A stretch of DNA of 31,478 nt from a virus (Duplodnaviria; Caudoviricetes). Positions 1 through 7,142 of this stretch are shown here, one piece after another. Position 1 is the stretch's first letter. The number at the start of each line of letters is the position of its first letter. A program made the translations under genes and the position numbers. The notes under the pieces are model-generated. The model did no database searches. It was not told the origin of the DNA and saw only the letters and a list, made by a program, of their open reading frames with translations. The stretch is from the IMG/VR virus record IMGVR_UViG_3300044580_000469, positions 1-31,478 of that record, one strand, 5' to 3'.

Positions 1-56
1 AGAGATGGTAACTGAAGAAAAAATAATGAGTTAAATAACAATACGAGGAGGTGAAT

Positions 57-227
57 ATGCTATTTGGATTTTTCATTGGTTCCTTGGTTGGTGCGACAGC
101 CATGCTGTTCGCTATTGCCATATGTCAAGCTGCGGGCCGCTGCCCTTACCAGGACGACGACGGCAGCTGCGTGAAAGAAAAAGGGAATAAATCTATCGAA
201 GGAGACAAATATGCTGATAATAATTAG
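57..227 (+). CDS. Small membrane protein (56 aa)
   Basis: GGAGGTG RBS, ATG at 57; translated by hand as MLFGFFIGSLVGATAMLFAIAICQAAG..., one hydrophobic helix; below the ORF-track size cutoff. Confidence 0.7.
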   Translation: MLFGFFIGSLVGATAMLFAIAICQAAGRCPYQDDDGSCVKEKGNKSIEGDKYADNN

Positions 228-363
228 GGGTATGATCGGCTTATTGGCCATTATATGCTCTTTTATCTGGATGATTACCACAAAGACAAAAACGGATTAT
301 GGCAAATTAACTCTATTCTTTTACGGCCTTTATATCGCATTGATGATAATCGAATTAATATAG
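211..363 (+). CDS. Small membrane protein (50 aa)
   Basis: AAGGAG RBS, ATG at 211; MLIIIRGMIGLLAIICSFIWM...LFFYGLYIALMIIELI, two hydrophobic stretches. Confidence 0.6.
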   Translation: MLIIIRGMIGLLAIICSFIWMITTKTKTDYGKLTLFFYGLYIALMIIELI

Positions 364-482
364 GGCAATAAAAAAAATGAAATTCAAAAGAATCAGCCGC
401 TCTTTGGTAATCGCTACTTCCCGATGTATATTACGGAGAGGTCTTACTGGTTCTTCCTCTCCCATTTTTTCTGGAGGTAATA

Positions 483-728
483 ATGCCAAATACGAATGAA
501 AATGACACGGTATCGGTTCATCCAGATGAGGAATTGGTTGAGTGGCTTAGCCAAATTATTTCTGGCGTGCGGGAGCACGGACAAATTTCTGTTTTGACCA
601 TATCGCCGATTTTTCCACAACTGGACGAGTTATGCCAATTATGTTTGAGTAGCAATTGGTATATCCCGTTAATATTGGATGAACAACTGAAACCCAATGA
701 AGTTATCCTAAAAATAAGCCCAAAATGA
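483..728 (+). CDS. Hypothetical protein
   Basis: GGAGGT RBS; ATGA overlap with the downstream recombinase. Confidence 0.7.
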   Translation: MPNTNENDTVSVHPDEELVEWLSQIISGVREHGQISVLTISPIFPQLDELCQLCLSSNWYIPLILDEQLKPNEVILKISPK

Positions 729-1450
729 AAGGGAAGGAAATGAAGGTGAAAAGTCTTATCAATCAAGTTGTGCGCGTGGCGCGTCGTGATGGCTGGGATT
801 ACCGGCAGACCGCCCAGTTCATTGCCGAAGTGCGGAGACGTCTGGGAATTCGGCCCGTCAAGCATCGGCGCTTACCGGTGATGCCCAATCAGGCCGAATG
901 GAACCGGTTCTGTGAAAAAGCCCATGATGTTCGTACCTTTTTCACTACCAAGACCCGGTCGGAAATTGATGTTTTGAAAGCGCTACAAAAAGCGGCTTTC
1001 ATCCATCTGCTCGAAGTTACTGGTCTGCGGGTCAGCGAGGCCGCCAATCTGAAGCGCTGCAATCTGGATTTGGATCAGCGGATTATTATCGTCCGGAATG
1101 GCAAGGGCGGCAAGGATAGGATCGTCCCCATTACGGTGAAAGTTGCAGATGAGTTGGCGGACATTATGGGCCGCGTCAAGACCGATTGGATTTTCGAGAA
1201 TCCTGACGAAGGGAAACCCTACACAACGCGCTTTTGGGAAAGGCAAATCGAGCGCCTGCGCAAGATAGCACAGGTTGAGACGAAGATTACGCCGCACACT
1301 TTCAGACATCAGTTTTTGACTAGGATGGCGGCAATAAATCCGGCATATGCGCAGATACTTGCGGGCCACAGTCGGGCCGATACAACAATGCTTTATACCC
1401 ACCTGAACATCCAGGAAATTCAGAAGCATTATGACCAGATCTTCAACTGA
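725..1450 (+). CDS. Tyrosine recombinase, XerC/D-like, short N-terminal domain
   Basis: Complete catalytic set: TGLRVSE (R), GKGGK (K), HTFRH, LAGHS, LYTH (Y). Confidence 0.92.
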   Translation: MKGKEMKVKSLINQVVRVARRDGWDYRQTAQFIAEVRRRLGIRPVKHRRLPVMPNQAEWNRFCEKAHDVRTFFTTKTRSEIDVLKALQKAAFIHLLEVTGLRVSEAANLKRCNLDLDQRIIIVRNGKGGKDRIVPITVKVADELADIMGRVKTDWIFENPDEGKPYTTRFWERQIERLRKIAQVETKITPHTFRHQFLTRMAAINPAYAQILAGHSRADTTMLYTHLNIQEIQKHYDQIFN

Positions 1451-2480
1451 GCCCGGAAAACTCAATCCCCGGGATGAGTATCTGTTGAAAGAATTTGGGG
1501 TTGATCTCCAGGTCAAGCGCAACCTCAGCTTGAACACGGTCAAGACGTATTTGAATCAAATTCGAAAATTGCTTGTGAAAACCAAGAAAACGATCGAGAC
1601 TCTTCAGCAGGATGATGTGAATCAGTATTATCTCTACCTGATGAACATCCCACTCGATCGGAACCATTTGGCGGTGGCTAATTTAGCCTTGCGAACATTC
1701 TGGCAATGGTACAGCGAAAAATACAATGCATCGAATCTGGCGGCGCATTTGACTCCACCGCGGCGGAAGGTCATTGACCCTTATGTGCCACCGGTTGAAC
1801 ATATCTGGTTGGCGGTGAATCATTGTGTTCGCCGCGCCGAGCGAGCCAGAACAGAGAAGGGCAAATTTGTCAATTTGGAAAATGCTGCCATTATTTGCTT
1901 TTTGCTGGACACTGGTTTGCGTGTCTCGGAAATGGTGGCATTGAACTTGAGTGACATTACAGTTCATCAGGATTTCTTCCACCTGAGAGTTTATTCTCCC
2001 AAGACGCGGCGAGTGAGGGAATTTGATTTTGGTGAATTATCTCAGCAATCCATGGTTGGGGAGGTGTTTGCGCTTTATTGGCAATATAGATGCACCAAGT
2101 TCGAGCACAACCTCAGCGATCCACTATTTCCATCGGTTTGTGACTTCCCCAACCTGGAGCATAGGCTCGGGTCTGAACATGTGTGGCGCAGGTTGGAAGT
2201 GATCTCCAGACATATTGGCCGGGTGACGAACAAGGCCAATTCAATTCATCCTCACTCTTTGCGCCACTTCAATGCCACATACCAGTATCTGAACGGGATG
2301 TCACTCCGAACGATCCAATATCGTTTGGGTCATGCGATGATCAGCACGACGGAGCGGTACATTCACGTGGCAGAGCAGCGGCGGGGCACAATTGGGAGCC
2401 AATTGGCTGGTGCCGGACTGCGAGCGCCGATTGGTATCACTGGATTTGCCAAGATTATCAAGAGCAGTTATGGGAAGTAG
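1431..2480 (+). CDS. Tyrosine recombinase, XerC/D-like, with SAM-like core-binding domain
   Basis: LSLNTVKTYLNQI N-terminal helix; TGLRVSE, SPKT, HSLRH, LGH, ERYIH motifs. Confidence 0.93.
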   Translation: MTRSSTEPGKLNPRDEYLLKEFGVDLQVKRNLSLNTVKTYLNQIRKLLVKTKKTIETLQQDDVNQYYLYLMNIPLDRNHLAVANLALRTFWQWYSEKYNASNLAAHLTPPRRKVIDPYVPPVEHIWLAVNHCVRRAERARTEKGKFVNLENAAIICFLLDTGLRVSEMVALNLSDITVHQDFFHLRVYSPKTRRVREFDFGELSQQSMVGEVFALYWQYRCTKFEHNLSDPLFPSVCDFPNLEHRLGSEHVWRRLEVISRHIGRVTNKANSIHPHSLRHFNATYQYLNGMSLRTIQYRLGHAMISTTERYIHVAEQRRGTIGSQLAGAGLRAPIGITGFAKIIKSSYGK

Positions 2481-2487
2481 AGGCATG

Positions 2488-2517
2488 ATTAGGCATATAT
2501 CGTTACTTATGTTGAAG
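2488..2517 (+). other. Candidate dif/cer-like Xer recombination site (11-8-11)
   Basis: ATTAGGCATAT-ATCGTTAC-TTATGTTGAAG; right arm matches the E. coli XerD arm TTATGTTAAAT at 9/11, left arm shares GCATA with the XerC arm; begins 8 nt after the recombinase stop. Confidence 0.5.
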
Positions 2518-2852
2518 TTGAAAAGACTCGGAGTGGTCGTACCGGCTGGTTCGGACACACCCCTCCATGGCGTAGTACCCTGTAGAACTCAAGAAAAGCG
2601 GTCGCATTTTGCGGATATTGCGATCGAATCTTGGTTTTTTAGGGGTTTTAGGGTCGGAAACTGCTTTATTTCCGGCTGGTTGTCGCAATATTTTTCAGAC
2701 TGCGACAGGGCCGTGGAAGGGGGTGGGGGCTTTGAGTCTTTCGAAAGTTGGTCTCAGCGCTCTCTCCCTGAAAAATCCACAGCACTTTGGGAAATAAAAA
2801 ACAATCCGGAAAGTATCACATTTCGACTTCCCGGCTAAAAAAAGGAGGTAAC

Positions 2853-3176
2853 ATGAACGAATCAACAATCATCAATGCAACTCCGCACGAGGTGCGGGTA
2901 GTGGACGCGAATGGGAATCTTTTGGCTTCATTTCCGCCGCAGATTCTAATCCGCCTCAAGGCAGAAACGGTACGTGATGGGGAAATTAACGGTATACCTA
3001 TATCCCGAACGGTTTTCGGTGAACCCGAGGGACTACCCCCTCAGCAACCTGGGGTATATTATATCGTTTCTCAACTGGTCAAGAATGCGATCAACCGGAG
3101 TGATCTACTGGTTCCGGCGGAGGTATTGAGGGATGAAAAGGGTAATATCATCGGCTGCCAAAGTTTGGGACTTTGA
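2853..3176 (+). CDS. NxTPH-family small protein, possible Crn4-like cyclic-oligoadenylate ring nuclease
   Basis: AAGGAGGT RBS, ATG at 2853; motifs INATPH, LPPQQPGVYYIVS, RSDLLVP, RDEKGNIIGC. The gene is well supported; the function is from recollection of the family. Confidence 0.5.
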   Translation: MNESTIINATPHEVRVVDANGNLLASFPPQILIRLKAETVRDGEINGIPISRTVFGEPEGLPPQQPGVYYIVSQLVKNAINRSDLLVPAEVLRDEKGNIIGCQSLGL

Positions 3177-3199
3177 TTCAGAAAAAATTCAACCCGGAA

Positions 3200-3358
3200 A
3201 TGAATATGAAACACCCATGTGAAATTATGTATCAATTTTCCAACGGGAAAATATATGGCACCACCCGGGGAATATGCCGGATCACTGGCAAGCAGTCGAT
3301 TGGTGTGCCTTTCGAGAAATGGGTCAAGGATACCTTCACGGATTTTAAACAACAATAA
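3200..3358 (+). pseudogene. Short ORF resembling the N-terminus of type IV Csf1 (Cas8-like), truncated
   Basis: GICRITGKQSIGVPFEKWVKDTFTDF resembles the CxxxG...TFTD start of Csf1-like proteins; stops three codons later. Confidence 0.4.
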
Positions 3359-3372
3359 AAAGGAGGTTTAAA

Positions 3373-3627
3373 ATGAAAGTAAACAGTCTTGAAGAGTTTG
3401 AAGTAGGAGTAAAATGCGAAAACTGTGCGACACAGGAGGAAATTATGACAAAAATTTGTAACGAGTGTAGTAGAGATGAATATGATGAATATGACGACTA
3501 TGATGACAGTGAATGGACTGATGCGGACTGGGAATGCCCCTATTGTGGGGGTGGGAGAGCAGCTATAGGTATTGGCTGCTCAACACCTGGATGTCAGGGG
3601 AATTATGATAACGGGAGTGGGTTCTAA
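3373..3627 (+). CDS. Small acidic, Cys-rich hypothetical protein
   Basis: Strong RBS; CENC, CNEC, CPYC motifs and a D/E-rich tract. Confidence 0.7.
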   Translation: MKVNSLEEFEVGVKCENCATQEEIMTKICNECSRDEYDEYDDYDDSEWTDADWECPYCGGGRAAIGIGCSTPGCQGNYDNGSGF

Positions 3628-3749
3628 GGTAAGCTATCGCTGAAAGCGGGGCAGGCAAGAGTGGTGGGTTATGAGCCATAAATTAAAAATAGAATGAAAA
3701 GAAGAACAACAAAGTGTGTATATAAAAAGTAAAAAAAAGGAGGTTTAAA

Positions 3750-3845
3750 ATGAATTACATCAAAAAAGAAAGCAATCGCCCAACCGAAGAATGGCACGAA
3801 TTACGACGCAAAGGCATTGGCAGCTCCGATGCCGCCGTCATTTAG
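3750..3845 (+). pseudogene. Truncated YqaJ/lambda-exonuclease-like gene (31 codons)
   Basis: Strong RBS; MNYIKKESNRPTEEWHELRRKGIGSSDAAVI-stop matches the YqaJ N-terminal motif EEWxxxRRxGIGxSDA. Confidence 0.7.
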
Positions 3846-3884
3846 AACATGCCTTCATCTTCAGCCGGGAAATGCTGAATTAAA

Positions 3885-3926
3885 CAAAGCGGCTGCGGTA
3901 GCGATACCGTGGCCGCTTTGTATTTT
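3885..3926 (+). terminator. Intrinsic terminator-like hairpin
   Basis: CAAAGCGGCTGCGGTA-GCGA-TACCGTGGCCGCTTTG (16-bp stem including 2 G-U pairs), followed by TATTTT. Confidence 0.65.
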
Positions 3927-3976
3927 GAAATCATTATCAACCCCGAGCCGGCGGGCAATCCGGCAAGGAGGAAAAA

Positions 3977-4510
3977 ATGAGCACGATAATTCTTGATATT
4001 GTGAAACTGGAAAAACCAATTATGGTTTCATTAAAGAATAAAAAGCAATACGATCCGGAAGACAGCCAATACAAAAGGCTGCTCGCCGAGAATGGTGAAA
4101 ACGAAAGTGACCTTGAAGTTTGTCCCTATGCCATTCATCTGGCGGACGCGAGTGGCTGTACGATGTTCGATCCACATCCGACGCTGGAGAGTGCCATAGA
4201 ATGGATTCGGGAAAATCTGTTCCAAGATCATGTCTATATTGACGGTAATTTCCGGGAAAACAAGTCCGAGCTCGAAGAGAGGCTCGGGTGCAAAATTCCC
4301 GATGAGAAAATCTACGGTTGGAAAGAACGGATTGCTCTGGAAAAAAGTGTAGAATCTTACCTGACCGTCTCCGAAGCCGCCAAGATGACCGGTTATACCA
4401 CCGCCCGCATCCGGCAGCTATGCATTGCCGGAAAGATAATGGCGGTGAAGAAGAGTTTCGGCTGGCTGATTCCTGCCGCCGAACTGGAAAAATTAAAACG
4501 TAAAAAGTGA
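3977..4510 (+). CDS. Protein with C-terminal excisionase/MerR-type HTH
   Basis: AAGGAGG RBS; YLTVSEAAKMTGYTTARIRQLCIAGKIMAVKKSFGWLIP. Confidence 0.85.
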   Translation: MSTIILDIVKLEKPIMVSLKNKKQYDPEDSQYKRLLAENGENESDLEVCPYAIHLADASGCTMFDPHPTLESAIEWIRENLFQDHVYIDGNFRENKSELEERLGCKIPDEKIYGWKERIALEKSVESYLTVSEAAKMTGYTTARIRQLCIAGKIMAVKKSFGWLIPAAELEKLKRKK

Positions 4511-4531
4511 GACGCCCCACATACCACCCCC

Positions 4532-4564
4532 AAACCCCGCTCCAAGGCGGGGTTTTTCGTTTTT
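4532..4564 (+). terminator. Rho-independent terminator
   Basis: AAACCCCGC-TCCAAG-GCGGGGTTT followed by a T-rich run. Confidence 0.85.
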
Positions 4565-4596
4565 CCCGACGACAAATTAGGATCTAAGACGATCTA

Positions 4597-4625
4597 TTGA
4601 CAAGCATTAGTAATGCCCATAAATT
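4597..4625 (+). promoter_or_regulatory. Sigma70-type promoter for the late operon, with a palindromic operator candidate in the spacer
   Basis: TTGACA(4597)-17 nt-TAAATT(4620); spacer contains GCATTA-G-TAATGC (4604-4616). Confidence 0.65.
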
Positions 4626-4633
4626 GGGCTGTG

Positions 4634-5557
4634 ATGTTCGTCAAAACCAAAAATTTCTTTTTCTATTGTCCGGCTTGCGATCAGCCGTACAAAAAAACGC
4701 CCCAGGAGATTGTCTTTCAGGACGAGGTGCCTCTATTTGTCTGCCCCAAATGTGGCAAGTTGACCAAAAGCATCTCGCCCCAAAGATATTCCGCCCTGAT
4801 GGGCCGCGATAAAGCCACAGGTCCCAAAACGCCAGAAGGCAAAAAGCGTTCTGCCCTGAATAGCCGGCTGCCACGGAAACTTTCACCGGAATCGGCAGAA
4901 CGCATCGGGGTCAATGCGTATAAGACCGGTCAATATGCCACCCGCCTACGTCCGCTCGCCCCCGCCAAATTCGATAAATATCCCAGCTGCACCAACTGCG
5001 AACCGGAAACTCGCGAACGGTGCGAGGCCAAGGAAATAAAATGGTGCCCGACGAACCATGAACCCCTATTAAAATTTCTTGCCGCTTACAAAGACGGCAA
5101 GCCCGAACTGCTCAAGGAACTTGCCGGCATGACCCAGGCACAAGTATATCAGGTCATCCAGATGAGCCTGAAGAACATTTTCGACCAGGGCGTCACGGTC
5201 GAAGAAAAGCGCCAAATCGGCAAAATGATCACCACGATCATCAAGTCCCATCCGCTAATCGAACGCCTGCCGGAGCTGATGAATTCGATTGGCTTCACCG
5301 CCGACCAGCAGATGATCACGCCCGCCAAGCAGGAAGCCCGCGATAATATCCGCGGCTTCCTTGATGACCAGAGCGACAAGATGAAAAAATCTACCGATGA
5401 ATATCTGCTCCAGATGAACGATATGCTCGCCCAATTGCGTGATGAATTCCGCCAGAAAGCCAATGAAATGCGCCAGAAAGATCAGGCGCTCAATCAATAT
5501 GAAACCGAAAAGGCGCTGGAAAAAGAGTCGAATGAGGTGAAAAATGAAAACCGGTGA
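4634..5557 (+). CDS. terS: Putative terminase small subunit with Zn-ribbon motifs (track start 4613; GTG 4631 or ATG 4634 fits the promoter better)
   Basis: Directly upstream of and overlapping TerL; CPAC...CPKC, TGPKTPEGKKRSALN motif, helical C-terminus. Confidence 0.65.
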   Translation: MFVKTKNFFFYCPACDQPYKKTPQEIVFQDEVPLFVCPKCGKLTKSISPQRYSALMGRDKATGPKTPEGKKRSALNSRLPRKLSPESAERIGVNAYKTGQYATRLRPLAPAKFDKYPSCTNCEPETRERCEAKEIKWCPTNHEPLLKFLAAYKDGKPELLKELAGMTQAQVYQVIQMSLKNIFDQGVTVEEKRQIGKMITTIIKSHPLIERLPELMNSIGFTADQQMITPAKQEARDNIRGFLDDQSDKMKKSTDEYLLQMNDMLAQLRDEFRQKANEMRQKDQALNQYETEKALEKESNEVKNENR

Positions 5558-7142
5558 CATTCGGATCGCCAACCGCGCCGAAAAGGAAATCCTGAAGTAT
5601 GCTCATAATACCCCGCTCTGGCTGAAGCATATCTGCAATTTCGAACTTCGCCCTATGCAGGCCATCTGGATGAATGAAATCGAACAACATCCCTACGTCC
5701 TGCTGATGGCGCCGCCCCGCATGGGCAAGACGCAATTGATCGAGCTGCTTTGTCTGAAAGACACCGCCACCCGACCATTCGAAGATGGCCGCACCTGGGC
5801 ACCGAAGGAAGACCAAGCCAAGACCAGTCTGAAATATCAACTTTCGGCAATCGAAATTTCCGAACCGCTCAGCGCTTTCATCGCCATTCGTGACGGAAAA
5901 CGCCAGAAATCGACAAGTGGCTATGCTTTCTGGAATATGTCGAATTGGAAATGCTTCGGCGAAAATTCCAACTTCGACGGTGAAAATGCGACCATCATCC
6001 GCTGTGAAGAATTCGACGATATGAACTGGAAAATCTACGTGGACCGGATTCTGCAACGCGGCGCCGCCCAGAACCGCAACGGCATGCCCACACGCGTGAG
6101 ACTGACCGGAACGATTCAGGAAGGACGCGGCAATATCTTTCGCATCGTCAACGACGAAAAATACTATCAGTGCACGCCCTTCGATGTCTATGATGGCCTG
6201 GCGATCGGCATATACGATAAGCAGCTGGTCGAATTGGCCCGGCAAGAGAATACGGCCGAAGACTGGCTGCGTATCTACCTGCTGAAATTCACCGAAGCCC
6301 GCAATTACATTTGGGAGAGTTGGGTGCGCCAGGCGTTGATGGCGGGCAAGGCCGCCGACTATCGCGGCGTGCCCTTTGTGCCGGGTGGAAAATATAATCC
6401 TACCGGCAGGGTGACCTTGGCTGTCGATATGGGGCATTCCGGTGAATCTGCCGACGCCTCGGTCTATTCCATGCAGGTCTTCGAACACATCGGCTCGAAA
6501 TCTATCTGGCTCAATGGCAAGCGCTGGGCAGCCACCACCGACACGAGCCTCATCAAGGAGGACATCGTCCAGTGGTGGGCATTCTATCAGCCCGACTATG
6601 CCTACGGCGATGCCCTGAAAGCCGACCTGATTTCCGAAGTCAACGACATGCTCTACCGCGAACGCCTGATCAGCGTCAATCGCAACCTATTCCCCGAAAA
6701 TTCCGCCGCCAATTGGAAAAACTGGATTTTTTCGCCCATCTGGAACACTGGCCAGACCAAATGGAATGGCGCCCAGATTCTGCAGCAGAAAATCCGAAGC
6801 GGCAACCTGATCATCCCCTATTTTTCGCCCGATGACGATTCGGAAATTGCCCGCGCCGCTCATTCTTTCGTCGCCAACCTGAAAAACATTCGCCTATCCA
6901 AAACCAATGCCCGGTATGGCACCCTGGAGCCGATCAAGAAACAAATCGGCGACGATGATTTCGATGCCGCCTGGATGGCTATCCTCTGCGCCAATGACCG
7001 TCTGCCCGCGGCAGTCAATTTCGAAATGCTGGGCACCAGTGGCGTCAAGACTACTACCGCCCACCTGCGTCAGTTGAACTTTTACCCTGAATTGCAGACC
7101 AATCTGCATCAGGACATCTATATCGAGCGAGGGTTGAATTGA
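5544..7142 (+). CDS. terL: Terminase large subunit
   Basis: Walker A PPRMGKT, Walker B IIRCEE, coupling motif TGT, nuclease motifs AVDMG and DDDFDA. Confidence 0.9.
   Translation: MKTGDIRIANRAEKEILKYAHNTPLWLKHICNFELRPMQAIWMNEIEQHPYVLLMAPPRMGKTQLIELLCLKDTATRPFEDGRTWAPKEDQAKTSLKYQLSAIEISEPLSAFIAIRDGKRQKSTSGYAFWNMSNWKCFGENSNFDGENATIIRCEEFDDMNWKIYVDRILQRGAAQNRNGMPTRVRLTGTIQEGRGNIFRIVNDEKYYQCTPFDVYDGLAIGIYDKQLVELARQENTAEDWLRIYLLKFTEARNYIWESWVRQALMAGKAADYRGVPFVPGGKYNPTGRVTLAVDMGHSGESADASVYSMQVFEHIGSKSIWLNGKRWAATTDTSLIKEDIVQWWAFYQPDYAYGDALKADLISEVNDMLYRERLISVNRNLFPENSAANWKNWIFSPIWNTGQTKWNGAQILQQKIRSGNLIIPYFSPDDDSEIARAAHSFVANLKNIRLSKTNARYGTLEPIKKQIGDDDFDAAWMAILCANDRLPAAVNFEMLGTSGVKTTTAHLRQLNFYPELQTNLHQDIYIERGLN

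Noticed and set aside
60-281. Minus-strand 73-aa ORF
   Set aside because: Two plus-strand ORFs with clear RBSs (57..227 and 211..363) explain the region better
3750-3880. TAG stop-codon reassignment explaining the YqaJ truncation
   Set aside because: Several intact genes end in TAG, and the sequence beyond the stop does not resemble YqaJ
725-4510. Integron (recombinase plus attC cassettes)
   Set aside because: No IntI-specific insertion recognised and no repeated RYYYAAC...GTTRRRY attC hairpins between the small ORFs
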